DNA of 64,000 bases from Monocercomonoides exilis PA203 (taxonomy: Eukaryota > Protista > Preaxostyla). Position numbers and translations under genes: made by a program. The notes beneath the pieces were generated by a model. It had not been told where the DNA came from. It was given only the letters and a program-made list of their open reading frames with translations, and ran no database searches. Shown piece after piece: positions 1-11,757 of this stretch; position 1 is the stretch's first letter, and each line of letters begins with the position of its first letter. Location: NCBI GenBank assembly GCA_001643675.2, contig LSRY02000037.1, forward strand, positions 62,001 through 126,000, written 5' to 3'.

Positions 1-55
1 AAGTTGATGATGATGATGATAATAATAATAATAATAAAGAGGAGAACCTCAATCT

Positions 56-3000
56 TTGAACGAAGATGAATCGCTCACGATGTTGTTGTCTGCTGTGAAC
101 TTTCAATAAATAGATAGTAACATTACTCGGAGCTGGAAATATTGTCTGCTTTGGAAGATAATGAAAAATGGATTGATGCAATTTTGAGGATTTGAGGGGA
201 ACAACTGGTGTAATCTTAATATGCAACGATATTTTTAAAAATAGTTTGGTCTTCGCTTTTCTTATTTGTTGAGGAGCAGAAAACAATTCAGATGTGAGGA
301 GTGAATTTTTAATGCGGCTATGATAGAAGCATCTTCGCTAATAAGTTGAAACAGTATCTTCCGCGGCATTGCATCCATTTTGCCTCAGAAAACTGCTTCC
401 TTCGATGCAACAACAGCACTCTCGTTTTGGATGTGTTCATTTTCTGTATTTTGATTCTGAGATTTCGATTTATATACAGCTTCTGGCTTCTCCAAGTTAT
501 TAATTCTTCAAATGCATTCATAGATAAATAAATAAACAAAACATTTTTCCTTTGCGTGAAAGTGGCATTAATGCTCCGCGTGAAAGAGATGGTTCTTCCA
601 ATATTTCACTAACATCAGATTGAATTTCTTTTCCATTTTGAAGCATCCAGATATAAAAACATTTGTTTCCTGCAAGAAAAACGTAATGTCAGGGAAAACT
701 GAATCTCTTCGCATTGCACATGAAAAATTATCAGTGAAAATGTGATGCCTCCGAGGTTTGAGTATGACATTGGAATAAAACTCAATTTGTGAAGAACTTT
801 GATTCACTTGGAAAACGAATTCGAGACGCTGAATATTATATTAAAACTCAGAATTTATGTTTAGAATGTAGTCTTTCTGTTATAAGCATTTGCACAAATT
901 TGAATGTTCGACTGCCAAATATTGAAGCGCAACTGAAAAATCGAATTATCCAAAGGATAAATAACCTTAACAGAGGTGTCTGTCCGCTTTTCTACGAATC
1001 AAAAATTAGCGTTGAACATTAAAAACTATTATTCCCTGCATTTGAATTTTGTTGCTCAAATCATGGTCTGCCTCGATTCGAACAAAACAGAAAATAGAAT
1101 AAACATTGTAACAGTGGTTGAATCTCAATTTGTTGAAAAAGAGCTCAAAAGATAATTTTCTCCTCAAACATCAAGAAATAGATTCATTATCATAAAGAGA
1201 AATCAACACGAATCAGTTTCAAAAACGAATTTTCCATTTGATCAAAAATCATTTTCTTCAAAACTGAAACATTTGAAATACATAATAAAGACTTTCATAA
1301 AATCAATAAGATGAAAATGAATTTTCTTTGAAGTAATTTTCTTTGCAAAAAAAGAAGTTATATATTCAAAACAAAAAAATAATTGAGAAATATTTTGAAG
1401 CAAACAATTTATATTTGAAAGTGTATGGAAAAGTTATTTCTTTCGCTTTAAGAATATTGAGTAATATTGATTTTTCTTTTGAATAAATGAAAAAACAATA
1501 AAAAAATATTCAATAATTATTATCTGTTTTTTTGTGAAAAATGGAAAATAAATAAAATCCACATTTGTCCACTAAACTGCATAAACTTTAAAAATAGACT
1601 AATTTTATTCAAAGATAAATTATCTTTTTTATTTCAAAATAAAAGAATCATTCGTTTTTATGTTCTTTTTTTTCTTTATTTCGAAATATAATATTGGGCG
1701 CAGGAATTCTTATTTTGAAATTTCCTCCGCATCCACATCTATGGCGAGGTGTTGTACCAGGGCAAAAGCTGCATTAAATATTGTAGTTATCTTGTTGCTT
1801 GCTGTTAACTGCAGAGATGGAGGAAGTTTTGATGAAAAACAAAATCAACAAGAAAGGATTGTGGAGAACCAAAAAGGACAGATCAACTATTCAAACGAAA
1901 ATGGAAAGTTTAACAATCATTTTTGTATCCCTGCAGCAAAAGATGAAAATGCAGCTGACAATTGCGTTTGCTCTCTCGAAACATGTATTTCTATCATCAA
2001 CAGCTCGTTATGTGTGAGCCGTCTCACCATGGTTTCTCTCACCGGTTGCCCACTCCTAACTGCCCAACGCCACTCCGCTGCCACCATCTGCTCCTCCACT
2101 TGCCAAGTCCAACCAGCAACCAAATCTCCACTTTTCCTCTCTGCCCATGCCTCCCTCGCTCTCACAAACTTCTCCCTCACCACCCACCAGCCAGCCATCC
2201 TCTCCTTCTCCCTCTTCTCCACCCCAAACAATCTCCTTCCGGATCCCCACTCCCCAATCCCTGCCTCCTTCTCCATCTCCCACTCCTCTTTCTCCTCGTT
2301 TGTCTCCCTCATCCAGCCCTTTATATTTTCTCCTTCATCATCTTCTTCTTTAACCCATCCCCACCTCCAAATCCACCTCCATCTCCATCTCTCAAACACC
2401 CTCTTCTCCAACATCTCATCTCCCCAATCCCGTCTATCTCTTCCATCCCTTCCTTCATATCCACTCAATCCATTCATCTCAACTACCTCTTCCTCTTCTT
2501 CCGCCTCCACTTCCACAAACATCAACACCAATATCATCCTCTCTTTCTCTCTTCACTCATCTCTCTCCATCCACTCAACCATCTTCCTCCACGCCCACAA
2601 CCCAATAGATGGCTCCATTCTCCCCAACCTCAACAGCCCATTTACTTCCCTCTCTGCCTTCAATGCTTCTTTTCTTCACCAAACACGCTCTTCATCAAAT
2701 GATGCTGTGGTTCATGTTGGAAATGAAACCAACAGAAAATCACCTGGAAGATTGACTTCATTCGATGTTAACAGCCATAAATTTGAATGGTGTGAATGGA
2801 ACGATTCAAATTGCACAAGAGATCACGGGGGTGCACTTAGAGTTGTTTGCAAAAATGCCAATCTCACAATAGCTTCATGTTCATTCAACAAATGTTCAAT
2901 CACAGATGGACATACTGGTGGAGCGTTATTCTGTCAAAATTTGTTGAAAATCAACATCACAAAATCCAATTTCTCAAGTTGTTCTGCTCCCCATGGAGGA

Positions 3001-6000
3001 GCTGTCTCAATATGGTATCTCCAATCTAATTCTGTTTGGACGTTTCAAGAAAACAGGGTTGAAAGTTGTTCAATAACAGATTGGTTTGGAACTGGTTGGT
3101 ATTTTGCACTCGAAGGGACTTCAACAAATGCAAAATTCCTGTTTACAAATTGTAAGTTCATTACAAATACTGGTGGGGATTCTGCTGGTGCTCTTTCGTT
3201 TAATTTGCCTCCAAGAAGCAAACCAAGTCAATTTTTAGTCAATAATTGCCAGTTCGTAAACAATAAATTAACAAGTTCATCAACATCATGGGGAGGTGCT
3301 GCAATGTTTTTCAGAGACACATATACCTGGATGAATGGAGAAAAATTCATCACCTTCTGTTTCTTCGATGGAAATACAGCTGAAAATGGCAGAGGGAATG
3401 ATGTGTTCTTCAATGGCAGCAGCATCACCCAATCTCCATTCAATCAGTGTGGGTCAACAACAGAATCAAAAAGAGTCTGGAATGCAGGAACAGCTGATAA
3501 CTCAGAATACAATGGCTGGCTCCCTCTTATAACAACATACAAAATCGTTGCAAATAATGGAACTGACACTAATCTCTGCGGAATAACACAACTTAGACCA
3601 TGTGCTTCAATTGAATTTGCTCTTTTATACATGACAGATACCCAATACTCCTCTCTCACGCTCCTCAGCTCCACCTTCGCTCCAACAGAAACTCTCACCT
3701 TCAGCGCGGTTGACACAAAAATAACAGGAAATGGAATTGATGTCACAACAATCGCCTCCAGTGGCATCCCTCAACCAGCTTCTTCTTTATCTTCTTCACC
3801 AGATCCGTCTGCTTCTTCTGCTCTCTTCCAACAAATACAGGGCTCCCTCACAGTCTCTGCCCTCTCCATCGCCCACAACTCCTCAAATCAAATCACCCCC
3901 ATCCTCTTCCACCTCTCCAATGATTCCCCTTCCCTCAACCTCAACACAACCACCATCACCGGAACAACCTCCATACCAATCAAAACACCCCTCTTCTTCC
4001 TCACTGCTGGCTCCCTCGCCCTCAACCATACAGCAATCACCAGACTCGCCCTCAACAGTCAAAGCATCTTCCATCTCGCCTCCCTCACAGCTCCCCTCAC
4101 CCTCAACTCCTCCAACATCACTGACATCACCTCCACAGCCACCCCCACCAGCTGTGTCCTCTCCTCTGCCACCTCCCCTGCCCTCTCCCTCTCCCTCGCC
4201 AACTGCACCATGACCAACATCAACTCAGCTCCACAACACCAACAGACTGCCACAGATGGCGGGTGCATCTCATTCGCATCATCTGCCTCTGACAATACGT
4301 TTTCTGTGAGTGATTCCACCTTCTCCACCTGCTCTGTGAGCGAGGATACAAGTTCTGGAGGAAGAGGTGGCGCACTCATGATCGAGTTCAAGGATGATTC
4401 AGAAGTGTCATCCACAACCTTTTCCATGACAAATATCATGTTTTCAGCCAACAAGGCCAGTGTCGGAAGAGATGTGTATTTTGTGTGTGACTCCCTTGTT
4501 GCTTCTGTGAAAGAGCCTTCCTTCGCCTTCATGAGAAGCATCTCTCCAAAAGACAACTCGATTGCTGGACATGATAAAACAGAGGCATTCAGTGATTGGG
4601 ATGTGGATTTATTCATTTTTCTCGATGGTTTCTTTGCTGACAAGGTGTTTATCGATGGAATATCTGGGATGGAGGTATTGTATTGTGGGATTGAAAAGGT
4701 GCCATGCAAGAGTGTGGACTTCGGGGCAGGGCATCTGAAGAGAACACAGAACACAAAAGAGGAAATTATTTTGTGCTCAAAATCGACTGTAACTGGATGT
4801 GTTGATGTTGGGGGAATGAGTGTGAAGGCCAAAGCTGAGACAGCTGTGGAGATGGAATGCCAAACAGAAGTGAGTGGCTCTGAAGATGAAAGCATTCTGA
4901 AATCATCATCACAGACAGAAATGAAGTTCATTGGGATTGTTGTTCCATCGAGCTTCAACAGAACAATCGCATCAGTGATTGAATCAAGCACTCAAAATGG
5001 TGAATTGCATATGAAGAACTGCGAGATGAGCGTGACTGGAGGGATGCAAAATACGATTGGATTTTCCTTGATCAAATCAACTGGGAAGATGGTTGAGCTG
5101 GACTCTGTCACGATTTCAGATGTGAAATCATCAGTCACACTGTTTTCACTTTCACCTTCATCCGGAACTTTGGAAGTGAATGATTTGTCGATGGAATCAT
5201 GCAACGTTGGAAATAGCATTTTTGCCATTCATGATACTGGAGTTTCTTGCCATTTTGTGAATGTTCGAGTGGAATCGTTGAATGAAAGTGGAGGATGTCT
5301 TCTTCTGATCAAAGGAACTGAATCAACAACAAAGATAAATGAAGTGGGTGAGGAAATGAATCTCAATATTGATAAATCATTGTTTTCAGGAGTGAAGAGA
5401 AGTGATAATGGAGCAAGCATTTTGGAGTCAGCAAGTGAGAAAAAGATTTGTTTGGTGGTTAATGCGAGCAACATCACAGAAGACAAAGCAGAAAGAAGTG
5501 AAAAAGGAGGGGCAATGTTCTTCACATTGGGTGCATCTGGTTCGATGAAGATGATTGACTCAACAATCAGTCATTGCAGCTGCAGTGGCTCCACAGGGAA
5601 AGGAGGAGGAGTGTATCTTGCAACAAAGGAAAGAGGAAAATTGGATTTCTTATTTGTGGGGATGAAGTTCAGTGCAAACACAGCAAGAGTGGGGAATGAT
5701 ATTTTCATTGAATGCTTCAACATCACATCGCAGATCAATGAAAGCCAGTTTCGGTTTGATCTTCGAGAGAATCATTATTCACGAATTAATGCGATATATG
5801 GAATTGATAGTTGGGAACACAAAGAAGATACAGATCTGATGGCATTTATTACGATTCATCAGAGTGACACAATTATTGTGAGCAGTGTGAATGGATCGAA
5901 TGAGAGGCAATGCGGAACCAACACACTTCCATGTGATTCAATCGATTATGGACTGATGCATTTGACTTCAGATTTCATGAGTCTGATGTTCATTGTTGAG

Positions 6001-9000
6001 GAGAGTGTGATTTGTGGAGAGATGAATCTGAAGGAAATGAGCATGAGTTCGAAGAGCAGAGAAAACTGTGATGTTGAAGTTGAAGCAGGAATTGAAAGAG
6101 CAAAGGAATCATTGGTAACAACAACTGGAGAAGTTTCATTGCTGAGAGTACGTTTTGTGTTTGATTCAGATTTCATTTCTCAACATGAATCATTGATATC
6201 ACCAGATGGAGGAATGCTTGAAATTATGAATTGTTCATTCAGTTCAAAACAATCTGATGAAGAAGGAAATTCTGCATTTGCAAACATCCCATTTCGCATT
6301 ATTAATATGGCAAAAGGAGAATTACAACTTGATGGATGCACAATGTCAAATCTCATTCTTCAAGAATCTGCATTTCATCTTTCTTCTCAACTTCCATCAG
6401 TAATTGATTCATTAACAATTAACAACTCAACAATTAAAACATCTCAGATAGTTATTAATGAATGTGGACAATTAAACATGGAAAAGTTTCATACAGAAAA
6501 TATCTCAGTTGAAGGAGATGAAGAATCATTGATATCTTGCTTTTCACTGAAAAAGGCAACGCAATTGACAAATTGCACAATGGGTGGAGTCAGCTCAAAG
6601 ACTACAAAAGGAAAATTGATGGAAATGGAGGATTGTTTGGATGTGAAAATGGACAGTTGCATTTTTGATGGGAATTCAAAGGAAAGAAATGAGCAATATT
6701 TGAACGAGAAAGAAGAGATGTGCAGATGGGAAGGTTCTCTTGTGGATGTCTCAAACAGTTCAGTGATGATGAAAGATACAACAATCATGAATTCACCAGA
6801 AGGTGGAATTACAATGAGCAAAGGAAATGTGAATATTGAGACGGGGTTATTTGAGAAGAATAATCCATCGTTTGAAGGATATCCATCATTGAGAAGAAAC
6901 ATAATCTGTTCAGATTCAGGAACACTGAATGTGATGAGTTTGAAAGGTGGAGATGGAGTTTTGCCAAATACATCTCTTTGGATGTTGAATGAAGGGTGCA
7001 GTTTTGAGGGGATTGTTTCAGAGAGGGATTCATCATTCTTCATTCCTGTGTTGGAAAGTGTGAAAGCAAAAGAAGAGACAGATAAAATGAAACTTACATT
7101 CAAAGGGATGCTTCTTGTTCCATGCAACTTGTCATTCTCAGTTGAGAAGAGGAAGGGAGAAGAGAAAGAGATTGAAAAGCATGATTTTGATTCAAATGGA
7201 TTTTTGTCAGAGAGAGAAGTTGAAGGGAGTGTGGCAAAAGGTCTCATCAGCATCTGCGGAGATGAAGTTGAGGTGAGTGTGCATGTTTTGTTTGGAAATG
7301 CAGAATCTCCATCATCAACTGATTCATTTATTCTAAAGAATGCAAGCGAAGCAAAGGCAAATGGAGATGAAAGGGTTGTTGAAGGAGGAAAAGAAGGAAA
7401 ATCTTATTGGTTATTGATTGTCATTGTGCTTGTTGTAATTCTGCTGATTGTTTTTGTTGTATCTGTTGTTGTAACAATTCGATGGAGGAAAGCAAAGAAA
7501 GAGAATAAAGATTTGAGAGAGATTGTGAATGACACAGTGAAAAAGGATCCGAAACTGATTGAGATGGTGACGATGGAGATGTCACCTGAGGAGCAGTGGA
7601 GAAGAGCTGAGAAGGAGGCAGAGAAGAAGAACGAAGAAAGGATAAAGAAAAGGGTGAATGAGAAAAGCTTGGGACATTCGGAGTCATCTGAGCACTTGTT
7701 GAGTGAAAGTGGATCGACTGAATACATATTAGGGAAAGACTCAGACAAGATCCCTGATTGGGCATTGGAAAAGGAGGAAGAAGAAGAGACAAGAAAGAGA
7801 ACGCCATCACCATCAATTTCATCCACTTCAACAACTGATTCAGATTCAACATTTGTTCGAGGGGAGGATCTGTGTCCGACCACCTCGTCGATGTCGAATC
7901 TGGTGGATGCAATGGCTTGCTCATCCCCTCATGAGAAGCTGATTGTGGACTTGAGGGATTCGCTTTTCATGCTGCTTCATGGGAGGAATAAGACAAAAGA
8001 GATGCCAATTGGTTCATTGAATGAGAGGGAGATGACAGCTTCCCAAATCCTTTTCTGGGTGGCTAATCTCGCACTCCATTCATTTGATGAAATGGAAATT
8101 CCACTTCAATCGCTTTCAAATTTGAGTCCTCACATTGTGTTGTTCTCTGAGCATATGGTCATCTGCATTGTGATGCATTCAGATTTGCTTTCATCAGATG
8201 ATTCAGATTCGTCATCCATCTCTTTGGTGACAATGGTTTCTTCTTCCTCCAATATTTCAGTGATGAGCGAGAGATTCACAGATTCACCACCACCTTCATC
8301 TGCGTTTGAGGATGAGGATTGCTTCAAAAAAGAGTGCCTGAGGTGGAAGGCACCAGAGCTGCTGATCGACAAGAAGATGGGAGCAACAAAGGAGTCAGTT
8401 GTGTTTTCGATTGGGATGATGCTGTGGGAGTGCCTGACGCTGCAGATCCCGTTTGGGGAGTATGATGGGGAGGGAGCAGGGCAGAAGATTGTGAATGGAG
8501 AAAGACCTGCATTGGAGGAGTTGCAAGCAAACTCATATTTTGAAACCATCAAGAGTTGCATTTCTTCATCAGCAGAAGACCGTCCGTCACTCACGCAGCT
8601 GAAGCGGGAGTTCATAAAGCGCTTTCCAGCAGAGATGGTGATTGTAACTATGTCAGATGCAATTGAATTGGGAGAGTCCTCTGAAGAAAAGGAAATGAAA
8701 AAAAGTGAATGTGAGAAAAGTGATGAAAGTGGGACAAATACGAATGAGAATTCTGCACAATGAAAAATGTTGTTTAAAACAAAGTGAAACATTCTGATGA
8801 ATGAATGAAGAATATAAAAAGCTTTAATGTGTTTTTTCCAATCTTTTTTGTTTTTTTGAAAGCAACTTCAATTTTTTGTTCTCTTTTTTGTTATTAATGT
8901 TGAATCTTTTTGAAATTTCACTTAAAATTCTATTTTTGTTGAATGAGATTTTGTTTAAAATTGTTTGGGTTTTGTGATTATATCATGTGAATATTAGCTG

Positions 9001-9523
9001 TATTATATATTCTTGATTTCATCTTTTGCAATCTGTTTCGTTTCACATCTTTTGAGAGTGACACTCATAAAAGAGATGTCTTTTTGTTTTTGTTGATATT
9101 GTAACTCCTACACCTTTTATCTTCAACAACATGTATATATGTAATTCCACATCCTTGCATTCACAATTTATAATTATTCTTTTTTTGCGTTTAAACAGAA
9201 GAATATTTATTGATGAGTTTGTTTTCATTTGGATTCGAGAGATTATTGCGTTGAACTGATTTTGATTTTGTATCTATATCCATTTATTTTTATATTCTTT
9301 CAGTGAAATTTTTCAGTTTGTTCTATTCATAATTACGAATTGAATCAGAAATTTATCGCTAACTTGTTTTCACAAATCTCTTATTTTTATGAGCATTTTT
9401 AATCTTTCCGAAATTAGTTTGGTTTGTTAACAAATCAAAATAATTCAATAGAGGAACTGTTTTTGAAGGCTGTTAATTGGCAAATGGGGTTCGTTTTTGA
9501 AACATAAAAAGTGGAAATCATTG
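56..9523. repeat. Left arm of a large inverted segmental duplication (probably extends beyond the window start)
   Basis: It matches the reverse complement of ~23736-36171 in coding and non-coding DNA. Examples: 56 TTTGAACGAAGATGAATCGCTCACGATG vs ~36145-36171, 9043-9230 vs ~24030-24215, and 9480-9523 vs 23736-23780. Duplicated short ORFs 318..539/35687..35908 and 568..807/35362..35658 also match. Confidence 0.93.
1741..8763 (+). CDS. Giant single-pass membrane protein (~2340 aa) with a repeat ectodomain (GxD...CG....PC and GGA motifs, beta-helix-like) and a degenerate TKL-like kinase C-lobe (probable pseudokinase)
   Basis: Uninterrupted ORF. The start was placed at ATG 1741 because the paralog starts at the same MARCCTRAK. 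It has an N-terminal hydrophobic stretch and a TM segment YWLLIVIVLVVILLIVFVVSVVVTI followed by RWRK. Kinase motifs RWKAPE, SVVFSIGMMLWECLTLQIPF and RPSL are present, with no GxGxxG, HRD or DFG visible. Confidence 0.85.
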   Translation: MARCCTRAKAALNIVVILLLAVNCRDGGSFDEKQNQQERIVENQKGQINYSNENGKFNNHFCIPAAKDENAADNCVCSLETCISIINSSLCVSRLTMVSLTGCPLLTAQRHSAATICSSTCQVQPATKSPLFLSAHASLALTNFSLTTHQPAILSFSLFSTPNNLLPDPHSPIPASFSISHSSFSSFVSLIQPFIFSPSSSSSLTHPHLQIHLHLHLSNTLFSNISSPQSRLSLPSLPSYPLNPFISTTSSSSSASTSTNINTNIILSFSLHSSLSIHSTIFLHAHNPIDGSILPNLNSPFTSLSAFNASFLHQTRSSSNDAVVHVGNETNRKSPGRLTSFDVNSHKFEWCEWNDSNCTRDHGGALRVVCKNANLTIASCSFNKCSITDGHTGGALFCQNLLKINITKSNFSSCSAPHGGAVSIWYLQSNSVWTFQENRVESCSITDWFGTGWYFALEGTSTNAKFLFTNCKFITNTGGDSAGALSFNLPPRSKPSQFLVNNCQFVNNKLTSSSTSWGGAAMFFRDTYTWMNGEKFITFCFFDGNTAENGRGNDVFFNGSSITQSPFNQCGSTTESKRVWNAGTADNSEYNGWLPLITTYKIVANNGTDTNLCGITQLRPCASIEFALLYMTDTQYSSLTLLSSTFAPTETLTFSAVDTKITGNGIDVTTIASSGIPQPASSLSSSPDPSASSALFQQIQGSLTVSALSIAHNSSNQITPILFHLSNDSPSLNLNTTTITGTTSIPIKTPLFFLTAGSLALNHTAITRLALNSQSIFHLASLTAPLTLNSSNITDITSTATPTSCVLSSATSPALSLSLANCTMTNINSAPQHQQTATDGGCISFASSASDNTFSVSDSTFSTCSVSEDTSSGGRGGALMIEFKDDSEVSSTTFSMTNIMFSANKASVGRDVYFVCDSLVASVKEPSFAFMRSISPKDNSIAGHDKTEAFSDWDVDLFIFLDGFFADKVFIDGISGMEVLYCGIEKVPCKSVDFGAGHLKRTQNTKEEIILCSKSTVTGCVDVGGMSVKAKAETAVEMECQTEVSGSEDESILKSSSQTEMKFIGIVVPSSFNRTIASVIESSTQNGELHMKNCEMSVTGGMQNTIGFSLIKSTGKMVELDSVTISDVKSSVTLFSLSPSSGTLEVNDLSMESCNVGNSIFAIHDTGVSCHFVNVRVESLNESGGCLLLIKGTESTTKINEVGEEMNLNIDKSLFSGVKRSDNGASILESASEKKICLVVNASNITEDKAERSEKGGAMFFTLGASGSMKMIDSTISHCSCSGSTGKGGGVYLATKERGKLDFLFVGMKFSANTARVGNDIFIECFNITSQINESQFRFDLRENHYSRINAIYGIDSWEHKEDTDLMAFITIHQSDTIIVSSVNGSNERQCGTNTLPCDSIDYGLMHLTSDFMSLMFIVEESVICGEMNLKEMSMSSKSRENCDVEVEAGIERAKESLVTTTGEVSLLRVRFVFDSDFISQHESLISPDGGMLEIMNCSFSSKQSDEEGNSAFANIPFRIINMAKGELQLDGCTMSNLILQESAFHLSSQLPSVIDSLTINNSTIKTSQIVINECGQLNMEKFHTENISVEGDEESLISCFSLKKATQLTNCTMGGVSSKTTKGKLMEMEDCLDVKMDSCIFDGNSKERNEQYLNEKEEMCRWEGSLVDVSNSSVMMKDTTIMNSPEGGITMSKGNVNIETGLFEKNNPSFEGYPSLRRNIICSDSGTLNVMSLKGGDGVLPNTSLWMLNEGCSFEGIVSERDSSFFIPVLESVKAKEETDKMKLTFKGMLLVPCNLSFSVEKRKGEEKEIEKHDFDSNGFLSEREVEGSVAKGLISICGDEVEVSVHVLFGNAESPSSTDSFILKNASEAKANGDERVVEGGKEGKSYWLLIVIVLVVILLIVFVVSVVVTIRWRKAKKENKDLREIVNDTVKKDPKLIEMVTMEMSPEEQWRRAEKEAEKKNEERIKKRVNEKSLGHSESSEHLLSESGSTEYILGKDSDKIPDWALEKEEEEETRKRTPSPSISSTSTTDSDSTFVRGEDLCPTTSSMSNLVDAMACSSPHEKLIVDLRDSLFMLLHGRNKTKEMPIGSLNEREMTASQILFWVANLALHSFDEMEIPLQSLSNLSPHIVLFSEHMVICIVMHSDLLSSDDSDSSSISLVTMVSSSSNISVMSERFTDSPPPSSAFEDEDCFKKECLRWKAPELLIDKKMGATKESVVFSIGMMLWECLTLQIPFGEYDGEGAGQKIVNGERPALEELQANSYFETIKSCISSSAEDRPSLTQLKREFIKRFPAEMVIVTMSDAIELGESSEEKEMKKSECEKSDESGTNTNENSAQ

Positions 9524-9581
9524 TCAAGAAGTTTTTGAATAGAAAGGCAAATGATTAACATTCTTTTTGAAATAAAATAAA

Positions 9582-9583
<2 letters not shown>

Positions 9584-9620
<37 letters not shown>
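9584..9620 (+). repeat. Poly(A) tract (37 nt) near the inner boundary of the left arm
   Basis: Direct reading of the sequence. Confidence 0.9.
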
Positions 9621-9621
<1 letters not shown>

Positions 9622-11757
9622 AACCATTATAACTGCATGAATGAATTGTCATAAAAAGAAAGGAAAATCGGCTTTTAATTCGATTGATGAAAGCTTTCAC
9701 AAAAAACTTTAGGCAAATGTCACCTTTGGTGGATTTACCTTTTTTTTGTTCATGAGTTTTTATTTTTGATATCATTTCTTTTTTTCGGTGAGTTGATTAT
9801 TATGAAAATTCATTGTCATTGATAATCAATCTATCATTGAAATGTGAAAATCATTACAATTCCATCAAAAGCAAATGTTTTATATGTGCGATTATTTTCG
9901 AAATCATAACTTTTTTCGGAGTGATAATTTTTCAAAAATATTATTTCTTTTTAGAAAAATTGTTCCTTCAAAAGTTAAAAGTTAGAAAGAAGAAAAAAAA
10001 ACTATGCAAGAGATTTTTTTGATAAAAAAATATTTTTTGAAAGGAGGAACAACTTTTCTATATTCATTAATCAATATTCAAACCAAATTTTCATTCCGAA
10101 GTTTTTGAATGGAATAATTTGTATTCAAAAATTATCTCATCTATTAAAAAGAAACGAACTATGTTCTGATCAAAAATCGATATTTCAAAGATAATATTAA
10201 GTTCCTCAATTTTTTTGTTTTTTCCATTTAAGATCTTTTTTTTTGATATGGGACAAAATATTTGACTTCATGCATTTTCATTGAAAATAAATGCATTATT
10301 GATGAACTTTTTGTGATCAAAAAATTCAATCAAAATCACTTTCCTTATTGAATTATTTGTGGTGCCACAAATCATTGTGATGTTGTTTCGATGATATTTG
10401 TTTATGGATATGAGAATTTTATTTATTTTGAAATCTGAGAAAGATTTATAAAGTTTTGAGTGAAACAATTTTTTCTTGCTTTGGGCATAAAAAGCAAGAA
10501 AGTTCGATTTTTCCCTTATATATTACAAAATTTCAAATCCTGATTAAATCGCTTCGGGTTTTTTACAAAAATTTTGTGACTTTCCGATTGAAATACAAGC
10601 GAAGTCATATTTCAAAGAGAAAAATGGAATTGATTTTTTTTAAATTGACTGATGATGTGAATAGTTTTTTGTTTTAGGATATTCTTCATTAGAACTCATA
10701 TTTCATTTACAAAAACATTTTTGATCTTTTCTTTTGTGAAGCCAACAAAATAAAGCACATTTCTGAAAAATCATAATTTAGTGGTTTTTGATCGAATTTA
10801 AAAAAAAATTATTTCTTATCACAACTTTTTCAGTGGCATTGAAATATCAAAGTGTTTCATTCTATGAAAAAAAAGTTTTCTTTCAATTTATGTTCTTTTC
10901 GTTTTACTGAAGTTTTCAATATGGGTTATTCTTTTTGAAAAGTCGCGAGTGTTTAATTTTCAAAAAAAATCAAAAATTTCATATTTTACTCAAAATTTTG
11001 TTTACACAAACCAAACTTCACTAACATGGAATAAATTTCTTGATCATGCTATTTCAAACATTCTTGAGGAGATTCGTGAGTGGAAACAGAAATTAGAAAA
11101 AATTTTCAAATTTTTATTTTATTAGAAAATTAAACTGCAGGAACTTTACAAAAAAATTTTGACATATTTGAAAAAACATTTTTTTTATGTCTTTCAAAAA
11201 TATATTATGAAAAAATTATTCAATGAAAAAGCTGTTCCGGTTATTATCAAGTTCGATTATTATCATGAAAAATGGATAACAATGGATTGTGATTATACCG
11301 ATCTTCGCTGAATGATTTTTCTATTTTTGGTTATCACAAAATGAGATAAGCCTATTGAAAAAATATGTCTTGAAAGAAAAACAAACCCGCCAAAATTTCA
11401 AAATATCGAAATAAACACTATTTCATTTTATCCAAAGAACCAATTTATTCATTAACTAACATTAAATTTTTTCCAATTTGAAAAACTGTACTCATTTTAT
11501 TTTCATACACACGAACTTAACGAAAATGTTTCTGAAAATACAAAAAATTTGTTATTTTTCTTTGAACTCTATAAGCGAAAAATTAACAAAAACTTATTTC
11601 ATTTGAGCAAAATATTTGCAAAAAACCTTGGTCATTTTATATCAAAAGTCGAAAATTTTTGATTGAATATAAACAGAAACTTTGAAATGCTAAAAATTAT
11701 TAACGAGAATTTAAAACTGAAATTCATTTATTGATTACAAAACAAATCGCAGGAATC

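Noticed and set aside
318-1022. Short ORFs duplicated at 35362-35908
   Set aside because: They have no recognisable motifs, and their conservation is explained by the DNA duplication.
1660-1740. ORF-track start at 1660 for the first receptor
   Set aside because: Similarity with the paralog's upstream region stops near 1683 and the paralog starts at MARCC, so ATG 1741 is preferred.
9584-9620. Poly(A) as a retroelement tail marking the duplication boundary
   Set aside because: No TSD or reverse transcriptase remnant was found nearby, and homopolymers are common in this sequence.
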